A DNA stretch of 63,639 bases, filler included, from a bacterium (GTDB lineage Bacteria > JBBIVP01): NCBI GenBank assembly GCA_037439705.1. It is 4 parts of 4 records of this genome, joined end to end, with 100 filler letters (N's around TTAATTAATTAA, not from the genome) between each part and the next. Parts side by side here need not be neighbours in the genome. Positions count along the whole stretch, not along the records: positions 1 to 16,565 come from JBBIVP010000024.1; 3 more parts are not named here. The stretch is one strand, 5' to 3'. The position numbers and the translations under genes were made by a program. A model generated the notes under the pieces. The model was not told the DNA's origin and did no database searches. It saw only the letters and a list, made by a program, of their open reading frames with translations. Positions 1 through 8,319 of this stretch are shown here, one piece after another (within the stretch, counting starts at the first letter, position 1; each line of letters starts with the position of its first letter).

Positions 1-125
1 AATCTTCTTCACCTGTCAAGTTTTTTTGTAGAAGCACATAGACATTGTTACCAGGGGAAGGGTTAAAATTGGATGAAAGGTTTTATTTTTGTGTAGAGTG
101 CCTTGAAAAAAATTACCTAAAATTA

Positions 126-1082
126 TCAATAAAGATGGCAGGATACCCTTCTTCCGTTCACCTCTTTTAAAGGGGGATAGGAATTTCTACACCTTTCCAT
201 CCTTGAAGGACATCTTGGATGAAAATAACATCCAGATGGTGGAGAAACTGGATTTGGAACATCCCCCTCCAGAATTATCCTCTTTCTTTTCGTCTCGGGC
301 TCTATAGTTGGAACCGCAGATATAAGCGCTTTTGTGTAGGGATGATATGGGTTTTCAAGAACATCCTCTGCTTTTCCAAACTCAAAAACCCTTCCAAGAT
401 ACATCACAAGGACGAAATTTGAAAGCACCCTTATAAGATTAAGGTCATGGGAAATGAAAAGATAGGTAAGCCCAAGTTTTTCTCTCAATTCTATAAAGAG
501 TTTCAGTATCTGTGCTTGAACGGAAAGGTCAAGAGAAGAGGTGGGTTCATCAGCCACAATGAATTCTGGTTCAAGAGCGAGCGCCCTTGCTATACATATC
601 CTCTGCCTCTGCCCACCCGAAAATTCATGAGGGTACCTTTTTACAGAGTCAGCGGATAACCCAACCATTTCAAGAAGTTCTAAAACTCTTTTTTCTCTTT
701 CAAAAGATGCCCCGATTTTGTGTATGATTAATCCCTCTTCAATTATATCTCCAGCCCTCATTCTTGGATTTAATGAAGAAAAGGGGTCCTGAAAAATTAT
801 CTGCATTTTTTTTCTGAATTTTCTCAAATCAGAAGCATTGAGAGATGTAATATCTATACCATCAAAAAATACCCTTCCATCAGTTGGTTCAATAAGTCTT
901 AAAATTGCTTTTCCAAGTGTTGATTTTCCACAACCACTTTCTCCCACCACTCCAAGGACCTCCCCTTTCTTTATAGTGAAAGAAATCCCATCAACTGCTC
1001 TAACCCAATTTTTGACTCTTTTTAAAATACCACCATAAACCGGATAATACTTTTTAAGGGATTCAACCCTTATCTCATTCAT
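126..1082 (-). CDS. oppF: Oligopeptide/dipeptide ABC transporter ATP-binding subunit (OppF/AppF family)
   Basis: Walker A GESGCGKS, Q-loop IFQDP, signature FSGGQRQR, Walker B IVADEP, C-terminal Cys motif (PSGCYFHPRCP...C...VSCH). Confidence 0.93.
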   Translation of the reverse strand: MNEIRVESLKKYYPVYGGILKRVKNWVRAVDGISFTIKKGEVLGVVGESGCGKSTLGKAILRLIEPTDGRVFFDGIDITSLNASDLRKFRKKMQIIFQDPFSSLNPRMRAGDIIEEGLIIHKIGASFEREKRVLELLEMVGLSADSVKRYPHEFSGGQRQRICIARALALEPEFIVADEPTSSLDLSVQAQILKLFIELREKLGLTYLFISHDLNLIRVLSNFVLVMYLGRVFEFGKAEDVLENPYHPYTKALISAVPTIEPETKRKRIILEGDVPNPVSPPSGCYFHPRCPSRMERCRNSYPPLKEVNGRRVSCHLY

Positions 1083-2024
1083 AAAGGTAGCACCTCACCT
1101 CTCTTGAATCCACTTTGAAAATTGGAGGAGGAACTGTGCATTTATTCATCCTATCGGGACATCTGTCAAAAAAGGGGCATGTTGTTATAATGGAAGTCGC
1201 GTCTGGAAGATTTCCCGGTATACTTTCAATCTTTCCCTTTTTTGGAATGGCTTTTATAAGTGCACGGGTGTACGGATGAAGGGGAGATGTAATAATTTCT
1301 GATGTTTTTCCACTTTCCACAGTAAAACCAGCATACATAACATAGATTTTTTCTGTAAGTTCATTAAGAAGACCAAAATTGTGAGAAATAACCATCATTG
1401 AGAGTTTCCATTCTTCACTCAATAGAAGCAAAAGCTCCATGATTTGAGCCTGAATTGTAACATCAAGTGAAGTAGTTGGTTCATCAGCTATTAAAAGGGA
1501 ATTGCTATTGCTACCACTACCCTCTGCTTCATTCCACCGCTCAGTTCGTATGGATATGCCTTCATAATTCTTGAAGGGTCCGGGATACCGACTTTTTTAA
1601 GAAGTTCAATGGCAAATTCTTCGGATTCGGTTTTTGATTTTTTCAAATGAAGTCTTATTGTCTCTATCATCTGCGTGCCTATTGTGAATACAGGATTCAA
1701 AGCCTGTCCAGGCTCCTGAAATACCATTGAAATCTCTTTACCCCTTATTTTTCTTGCCTCACTTTCTTTTAAAGATAAAAGAGCAATATCTCTGAAACGA
1801 ATTGAACCCAAAAAATTCGCTGGCGGAGGAGGAATTAACCTCATAATAGAAAGGGCTGTTACTGTCTTCCCGCACCCTGTCTCACCCGCAACTCCTACCC
1901 TTTCCATTTCAGAAATTTTAATACTTGCATCCCTAACAGCATAGATTTTCCCATAATTGGACTTAATGGTGACAGATAAATTTTCTACAGATAAAAGGCT
2001 ACTTGAGAAATTCCTTGAGTTCAT
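1075..2024 (-). pseudogene. oppD: Oligopeptide ABC transporter ATP-binding subunit OppD/AppD, frameshifted near 1495-1500
   Basis: ORF 1491-2024 has GETGCGKT and LSGGMKQRVVVAIAI, then stops. Another frame resumes LLIADEPTTSLDVTIQAQIMELL and runs into ORF 1075-1440 (HPYT, CPFFDRC). Real lesion or assembly error. Confidence 0.8.
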
Positions 2025-2634
2025 CTTCGGATATGATTTTCTTTTTCACAAGTAAGTTAAAAATGGCATTCACTATTTTTTCAATAGGATATTTCTTTAA
2101 AATGTCATCCTCCTGTTCTGTAAATTTTTCTGTAAGAACCCTGTCCCTTTCAGTAAATACAACCTGGGTTTTGAAATCCTGAAATGCTTCTGAATCCCCT
2201 TCATAGTAATACTTTATTGCCCTTGCAATGGCTGATTCTGTTGAAATAACCGGGCGAACAGAAAGTCTTGATATGAACTCTACCTGTGAAATTGCTTCTA
2301 CATCGGTAGGGTCAGCCATTGCTAAATAAAGAAATTTTTTTCCTCCTTCTTCCTTTATTCCCAAAGGAATAACCGCTAATTTTTTTACCACATCATAAGG
2401 CAGGATTTTTAAAACTCCCGGGGATATTTTGAACTTCTTAAGGTCCACCGCGGGAAGTTTCAGTTGATTTGAAAGTGCTTTGAGAAGCTGTTCCTCGGTT
2501 ATGAAACCAAGTTCAATGAGGTTTTTACCAAGTTTTCCACCCCATTTTTGCTGATATGCAAGGGCTGACCTCAGTTGAAGTTCATCAACAGCCCCCGTTT
2601 TTAATAATATCTCCCCAAGTTTTACTCTCTGCAT
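1999..2634 (-). CDS. Stand-alone MshEN / GspE N-terminal domain protein (putative c-di-GMP receptor)
   Basis: Tandem MshEN motifs KLGEILLKTGAVDELQLRSALAYQ and KLGKNLIELGFITEEQLLKALSNQ, then the T2SSE_N motif LYLAMADP; no ATPase domain. Confidence 0.85.
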   Translation of the reverse strand: MQRVKLGEILLKTGAVDELQLRSALAYQQKWGGKLGKNLIELGFITEEQLLKALSNQLKLPAVDLKKFKISPGVLKILPYDVVKKLAVIPLGIKEEGGKKFLYLAMADPTDVEAISQVEFISRLSVRPVISTESAIARAIKYYYEGDSEAFQDFKTQVVFTERDRVLTEKFTEQEDDILKKYPIEKIVNAIFNLLVKKKIISEDELKEFLK

Positions 2635-2672
2635 AAAATAAATTTTATCATTTTTTATTTTTTATTCAATTT

Positions 2673-4691
2673 TTATGTTTTTGCTCCACTCTTCTCCAAT
2701 AACCCCTTTATTCTCTCCATAAAATCCTCTTTTTCGTATGGAATGAATTTAAGGGATTTGAGGTATTCAACAAAACCCTCAACATCAAGGGTGTTCCATA
2801 TTGCCTCAATCTGAAGGTCATCAGGAAGATAATAAAAAAAATTACCTGCTCCAAGAGCGTCCTGAAGGGTGGAGATATTTCCCCTTATCACCTCCCTCAA
2901 AGCATCCTCTGAAGGTGTAGTTATTATTTCAGGATGCGGGGATAAAGTAATCTTACCATCAATACATCTCGTTTTTATTCCCTTCTCCAGTTCAATACTT
3001 TCTGATAAAAAGCTTCCATATACGGGACCGAAAAGGTGAAATACAATTGCTTCGCGATTTTCTATTGTAAATGGAATTGAATTCATATCTATTTCAGAAA
3101 AAATTTTTTTTCTCAAAACCCCTGATAGTTCATAACTGTAGTTTCCAAATCCAACGCCTTCAAAGAGCTGAACCGTCTCACTTTCCTCACCGCTCCTTAC
3201 ATAGGCTATCCTGTTTTTTTTATCCAGTTCAACGAGATTCCAGGTTTTTCCACCAAGGGAAAAAGATGATGGAACATAAAAAACGCTTCCTATCCTCCTT
3301 CCAGTTTCTGCCTCCACTATTTCATATTCCTTTGAAGAAAGGTCCTTTATGGTGCTGTGTATCTTTCCATATCTTATGAGATTTTCAAGTTTTTCAGAAG
3401 GAAAAAGAATTCCCATCCTCAATTCCTTCAAATAGTTTTTCATTATTGCATGGTCAATAAATCTGCCCACATCCTCCGAAGAATATATCCCTTCAAATAT
3501 CCTGTAAAGGGATTTTCTTGTGGTTCCAATTCTTCTCTTTTGATACAGGTAGGAAAAAACCTGCTGGGGAATGGTGGCAATAGCCTCTCTGTACTTTTTT
3601 TCATAAAACTCTCCTCTCTCTGCACATTCAAAGAAGACCTCAAAAAGAAGCTTTTCCCATTCATTTGTATAAATCCCTATCGCTGTGAGAATATCGTTTC
3701 TCCTCCTGTTTCCCCTTCCTATCCTTTGAAGGAGAGAACTTATTGAGGGAGGAGGTCTGTAAAGAATTATGCAATCAATATCTCCTATATCAATTCCGAG
3801 CTCAAGGGTGGTTGTTGCACATATAATTCCTGCCTTTCCACTTAACATGAAGGATTCTGCTTCCTCACGAATGCTCTTTGAAAGGCTTCCGTGATGAGCC
3901 ACCACATTGTTTGTAAAGGGCGGAATGCTAAATTTTGCTGAAAAGGATTCTGCAAGACTTCTTGAATTAAAAAAGGCAATACATTTCTTGAACTGATTCT
4001 CAGCAAGAAATTTAACAAGAATTGAAGGGGTCTCCGGAGAATCTATAAAAAAGAACCTTTGTATTTCCCTTTTTTTCCTCACAATCACCGTTTCATATTC
4101 TTCCATATATCTTTCTCCGAGTTCCGGACTGTCAACAGTTGCCGAAAGCGCAAACTTCAAAATTCTCCTTCCTTTTAAGAGGAGGTTCAACCTCTTCAAA
4201 AGCACACGAACCATATCTCCTCTTTCACTTCCGTCAATGAGATGAATTTCATCAATTACAACCGCCTTTATCCCTTCAAGTAATTTTGGCGTCCTGGAAA
4301 TTAATGAATCCAGTGATTCGGGAGTTGTTATTAACAAAAAGGGCTTTAATTTTTCTCTGATTTCCTTTCTCTCTCCGGTTCTCCTGCCGAGCGGAAGGTT
4401 CATCATTACTAAAGGGTCAATGAGTCGTCTTGCCACATCATTAACGAGTGCCCTTGTAGGTGAGATGTATAAAACCAGTATTGAATCCCTGTATTCATCA
4501 CAAAATAGTTCTGAGAGGGGTGCAATAACAGATTCTGTTTTCCCAGTGGCTGCTGGAGATATTATGAGAAGGTTTTTTCTTTCAAGAACAAGAGGAATTG
4601 TTTTTTCCTGAACTTCTGTCAGTCTTCCAAACCTACTAAAAAAAGGATGCCATGCCCTCTTTAACCTCTTCTTTATTTCCTCTGTTTCCAT
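2673..4691 (-). CDS. Lhr-like (BrxHI-like) SF2 DEAD/DEAH-box helicase
   Basis: Q motif LTEVQ, SPAATGKTE, YISPTRAL, TTPESL, DEIH, SAT, HHGSLS, ATTTLELGIDIG, QRIGRGNRR; 672 aa, Lhr core only. Confidence 0.9.
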   Translation of the reverse strand: METEEIKKRLKRAWHPFFSRFGRLTEVQEKTIPLVLERKNLLIISPAATGKTESVIAPLSELFCDEYRDSILVLYISPTRALVNDVARRLIDPLVMMNLPLGRRTGERKEIREKLKPFLLITTPESLDSLISRTPKLLEGIKAVVIDEIHLIDGSERGDMVRVLLKRLNLLLKGRRILKFALSATVDSPELGERYMEEYETVIVRKKREIQRFFFIDSPETPSILVKFLAENQFKKCIAFFNSRSLAESFSAKFSIPPFTNNVVAHHGSLSKSIREEAESFMLSGKAGIICATTTLELGIDIGDIDCIILYRPPPSISSLLQRIGRGNRRRNDILTAIGIYTNEWEKLLFEVFFECAERGEFYEKKYREAIATIPQQVFSYLYQKRRIGTTRKSLYRIFEGIYSSEDVGRFIDHAIMKNYLKELRMGILFPSEKLENLIRYGKIHSTIKDLSSKEYEIVEAETGRRIGSVFYVPSSFSLGGKTWNLVELDKKNRIAYVRSGEESETVQLFEGVGFGNYSYELSGVLRKKIFSEIDMNSIPFTIENREAIVFHLFGPVYGSFLSESIELEKGIKTRCIDGKITLSPHPEIITTPSEDALREVIRGNISTLQDALGAGNFFYYLPDDLQIEAIWNTLDVEGFVEYLKSLKFIPYEKEDFMERIKGLLEKSGAKT

Positions 4692-5977
4692 CTTTTTTCA
4701 TCAAGAAAATCTACACAGTATTTTATGTAGTTTCTTATACCATTCCCCCTGTGCAGAAGTATTTCTCTAATGAGTTTTTGCNNNNNNNNNNTATATTCGT
4801 TTAATTTATGTATATCTGAAACAACATCTATTTTGAAATCAGGATACGCTGAGGAATATATGCTGAGAAGCGTTTGAACGAGCTTTGTTATGTCTGTTGT
4901 TGAAAATGGAGAAAGAGAAATGAAAGTATCCACAATATCTTTAAGTCTTCTGTACGGATTCCATTCGTAAAGAGGGGTTGTTGTAATAAGGACGAGAATT
5001 GATGGATTCCCATAAATGTAAGGAACTGGTCTTATCTTTGTGTGAAGCTCATCATCCCTTATCTGTATCAATTCCTTTTTCTTCTGAGCAGTGTAGATTA
5101 ATCCTTCAAAGAATTTCCATCCCCTCTCAAGATATATCCTCTGCTCAATCCTTGAGATTGTCTCAGCCTCATCAAGAAGTATAAGAAGCCCCTTCTTTCC
5201 TATACCCCTTAAGACACAACTTATTCCGCAGAGAAGATTACAGTAAAAATCAACAGCAGTGGAAACATCATAAAGTGCTGGAATATCCTGTCCACCTTTT
5301 ATCCTGTGAACGGAAGAAGGATGAAGTGCATATTCCTTTGTTGACTCACCTTCCGCCCATTGCCAGAGAACATCCTTCTCTTTTTCCGGAGTTTTCTTGA
5401 GTTTTCTTAAAAAAGGTCCAAAAAATACATGGTCGTTGAGAATTTTTTTCTCAATAGCAGAAAACATCAAATCCCTAAACCCCTTTTCAATACCGTCCTC
5501 TAAATAAACGAGACTGTTAATCAGTTCTCTATAAACCCTTTTTGGACGATGTGGCGGGACTTCCTCGGGGTCAAGTGAACAGGTCGCTACCCCTATTTCC
5601 ATATCAATTGCAAGCCTTTTTATGTATTCAAGAATGTGTGTTTTGCCAGCCCCGTATTCTCCCTCTATAAGGATCGCCCCGCCCTCTCCCCTTTCAAGAA
5701 GAAAAAGTTTCTCTTTTATCTCGTTTATTACTCCATCCCTGCAAAATGTAAATTTTTTTACATCTACTGAAGGAACAATTCCCAATCTGAATGCTTCTAC
5801 CATCCTTCTCGCATGAAAAGAGTCCACTTTCTCTATGGAAGGGGTGGTTATTATTCTTATCCTGCTCGCCGATACCCAGATAGATAATCCGTCTTTGAAA
5901 CGAACCTTTACCTGAATTCCTCCCCATCTTTCATCCTCTATAACCCCCTCACCGAATACAGGATGGAGAACGAGCAT
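4673..5977 (-). CDS. BrxD/DUF2791-like P-loop ATPase with N-terminal Tudor-like motif (contains 10-N gap)
   Basis: EAFRLGIVP motif typical of DUF2791, Walker A GEYGAGKT, Walker B ILLDEAE; N-terminus VLHPVFGEGVI. Confidence 0.78.
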   Translation of the reverse strand: MLVLHPVFGEGVIEDERWGGIQVKVRFKDGLSIWVSASRIRIITTPSIEKVDSFHARRMVEAFRLGIVPSVDVKKFTFCRDGVINEIKEKLFLLERGEGGAILIEGEYGAGKTHILEYIKRLAIDMEIGVATCSLDPEEVPPHRPKRVYRELINSLVYLEDGIEKGFRDLMFSAIEKKILNDHVFFGPFLRKLKKTPEKEKDVLWQWAEGESTKEYALHPSSVHRIKGGQDIPALYDVSTAVDFYCNLLCGISCVLRGIGKKGLLILLDEAETISRIEQRIYLERGWKFFEGLIYTAQKKKELIQIRDDELHTKIRPVPYIYGNPSILVLITTTPLYEWNPYRRLKDIVDTFISLSPFSTTDITKLVQTLLSIYSSAYPDFKIDVVSDIHKLNEYXXXXQKLIREILLHRGNGIRNYIKYCVDFLDEKRWKQRK

Positions 5978-5978
5978 C

Positions 5979-7251
5979 TCAATACTCCTCCTCTTCCGAA
6001 GATTCCTCTGTCTTTTCAGCGAGCAATTTCATAGCATCTATTACTGCTTCCTTCGCCTCTTTCTTTGTAATTGGAACCTCCAGATTTTTCCTCATCCTTT
6101 GAAAGACTTCTATAGCAGATATAACGAAAATTCTTCTATAACTAACATCAAATTGAAATTCAAGTGCACTCTCTGTAAGATAACTTGTTACTTCCTTCAG
6201 CCTGTTTCTGTCAAATTTGAAATCGTATGCAATCTCAAATATCTCAGCTAGTTTGTCTCCGAGGGATTTAAGAAAATCTTCTGGCGGAATCCCGATATTC
6301 TCAAGGTTTATCTTCACACCAAGCGGATTACTTGCTGTAAAGGAACTCTTCAACCTCTGTTTNNNNNNNNNNNNNNNNNNNNNNNNNNNNNNNNNGGAGA
6401 AGATTTTCATCTGGAATCGCATAAAAAATCATCGTGCCTGGAAGTCTCGCATTTCCACATTCATCCACTAATTGCCTGAGATTATCAAGGGCTTTCCTTT
6501 TATCCCTTGCGCTGTATATGCTCAATCCCCTCTCAGCCTCATCAAAAAGAAGAATTATACCCGAAAATCCCATCTGGACTATTGACTGTATGAGTGACCT
6601 CATCATTCTGAAGGCTGTTGTCTTTTCAATCCTCTCAGAAATACAGAATTTTCCTCGCCATTCAACCGGTATATCTTCCCCCTTCAGCCATTGAATTGCC
6701 ATCTGAAAACCTTCCTCATCGTTTTGAACAAGGGAATTAAGAGCTGACCTCAATGCATTCCCAAAACTTGAACTCTCACAACCTCTTATTGAGTTTATAA
6801 CCTCCCTCGCCACATCAGGATTTTCGTTTGACTTTTCCAGAATTTTCTTTATCCACTTTCTCAAAAATGGTTCTATTCCCCTTTCCCAGGGACTCATCAT
6901 TTCTGCGGAACTCATTGGATAGGAAATTCCTGTCACCACTGCCCTGTAAACAAGTTCAAGCTTATCAAAAGGGCATTCTGCTGGATTGAGACTTACATAA
7001 GATACAACATAGTTTTCCTTCCACCCCATGTCCCTGATGGAATATAAAAAATGGGTCTTACCTCCTCCATAGCTTCCTGTGACAATTTTGAAAGAAGAAA
7101 GACCCATTTTGAGGATTCCTTTTAAATACTCATCATCAATTGCTGAAAGAATTGGCTCAAGTCCTATGCTGAAATATTCCAATCCAAACTCAGGTGGTGT
7201 TCCCGAACTTCCAAGTTTATGAATAATTGCCTTTGCAAGAAGTTTATCCAT
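5979..7251 (-). CDS. Second BrxD/DUF2791-like P-loop ATPase (split into two ORFs by N gap 6363-6395)
   Basis: GTPPEFG, Walker A GSYGGGKTHFL, PFDKLELVY, Walker B LLFDEAE, LDNLRQLVD. The frame after the gap continues as ORF 5979-6422 (KQRL...NPLGVKINLE). Confidence 0.8.
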
Positions 7252-8044
7252 TTATTCCCTCAATAAAAATGTAGGAATAATATGTCCCGTTACCCTCTTC
7301 ATCATCAGGAATCCAAATAGCAGTGCTCTTATCAGTGGTCGCATCAAAGGTAGCGACGCTCAATTTTATCTGAGAAACCCCTTCTTTTTTCAGCCTGTAA
7401 ATGTCATAACTGAAAAGATACCTGGGATACTCCATAAAGTTCTTCCTTGTTGGATTATCTCTAAATGCCTTCGGCTGTTGAAGAATGGTCATCTCCCGTA
7501 AAATCTCGGTAAGTAAAACCTTCTCCTTTACTTCATGAAGAACTCTTTTGTAAGCAGTAAGTAGGTCTTGCAGGAATTTTTTTGTGTCAAATTTTCTTTT
7601 CTTAAGGAGGTCATTCACTTTCTTTATAGCAGAATAAACGCTTTCAGGAGAAAGGGGAAGGTTTGAAACTATGAGTTCGGCTTCGTTTCCCCAATAAAGG
7701 TTCACTGAACCAGTTTCAAAAGAGATTTTTATTGTGTAAAAGCCAGCTCGAAGAACCGGATATTGCCCTTTTAAAACGAGGTTTTCACTCTGAAGAAGTT
7801 TTGAAAGTTCATTGCCAAAATTTGCTCTCCACACCATTTCCTCTGAAGATATTTTTTCCTCCTCATTTTTAAGCCAGTCTTCAAGTCCCTTTACCTTAGT
7901 TCCCTTTTCAAGAATTGATTTTATGTCCCTTAAAATTTTTTTTCTCTGAAAGGGTGAAGCAGTCTTTGAATAGAGCATAAGATTTTTTTTAATTATGTAT
8001 AAATTATCAATCTGCGCTTTTATGTCTTTCAATATCTCTTCCAT
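7244..8044 (-). CDS. Hypothetical protein, first gene of the ATPase/helicase operon
   Basis: Open frame overlapping the next gene by 8 bp. ATG at 8044 preferred over 8152 because a TTGAAA-17-TATCAT promoter ends 7 nt upstream and 8101-8152 overlaps an IS relic. Confidence 0.75.
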   Translation of the reverse strand: MEEILKDIKAQIDNLYIIKKNLMLYSKTASPFQRKKILRDIKSILEKGTKVKGLEDWLKNEEEKISSEEMVWRANFGNELSKLLQSENLVLKGQYPVLRAGFYTIKISFETGSVNLYWGNEAELIVSNLPLSPESVYSAIKKVNDLLKKRKFDTKKFLQDLLTAYKRVLHEVKEKVLLTEILREMTILQQPKAFRDNPTRKNFMEYPRYLFSYDIYRLKKEGVSQIKLSVATFDATTDKSTAIWIPDDEEGNGTYYSYIFIEGING

Positions 8045-8051
8045 CCTTTCA

Positions 8052-8080
8052 ATGATAAATCCTTCAAGTCCTTTTTTCAA
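8052..8080 (-). promoter_or_regulatory. Putative sigma70 promoter of the ATPase/helicase operon
   Basis: Minus strand TTGAAA (8080-8075), 17 nt spacer, TATCAT (8057-8052), 7 nt before ATG 8044. Confidence 0.55.
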
Positions 8081-8100
8081 CTTTTGAATTTCAGAAAATT

Positions 8101-8276
8101 TTACAGGAGGAACCAATACGAAGTTTATTGATAAAGAACCACTATTTAACAAAAAACTTACAAAGTATTTGCTCTTCTACAACACAGAAAGATTTCACAA
8201 ATCCCTTGGTCTAAAAAACCCCTTAAATTTTCTCATTCAAACTCATAAAATGTCGCCTAAGTATATAACTTATACA
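8101..8276 (+). mobile_element. Degenerate 3' fragment of an IS481-like (integrase core) transposase with its right end
   Basis: Translation LQEE.../FNKKLTKYLLFYNTERFHKSLGLKNPLNFL...MSPKYITYT matches the YN-x-x-R-P-H-x-S-L-x-x-x-x-P end of rve-type transposases. ACA at 8274-8276 fits the TGT...ACA termini of IS481. Confidence 0.65.
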
Positions 8277-8281
8277 ATTTC

Positions 8282-8310
8282 TTGCAATTATTTAAAAAAT
8301 GAAGTAAAAT
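8282..8310 (+). promoter_or_regulatory. Putative sigma70 promoter of the TPR-aroQ-acc operon
   Basis: TTGCAA (8282-8287), 17 nt, TAAAAT (8305-8310); ATG at 8320. Confidence 0.55.
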
Positions 8311-8319
8311 AAATAAGTT

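Noticed and set aside
1-125. Possible gene end with a CxxC (FCVEC) at the window start
   Set aside because: All plus-strand frames contain stops within the first 70 nt; cannot support a CDS.
5979-6422. Apparent separate 147-aa ORF or frameshift in the ATPase
   Set aside because: The frame change falls in an N gap of estimated length; best read as one gene, 5979-7251.
8045-8152. N-terminal extension of ORF 7244-8152
   Set aside because: Overlaps a promoter and the IS relic; ATG 8044 is better supported.
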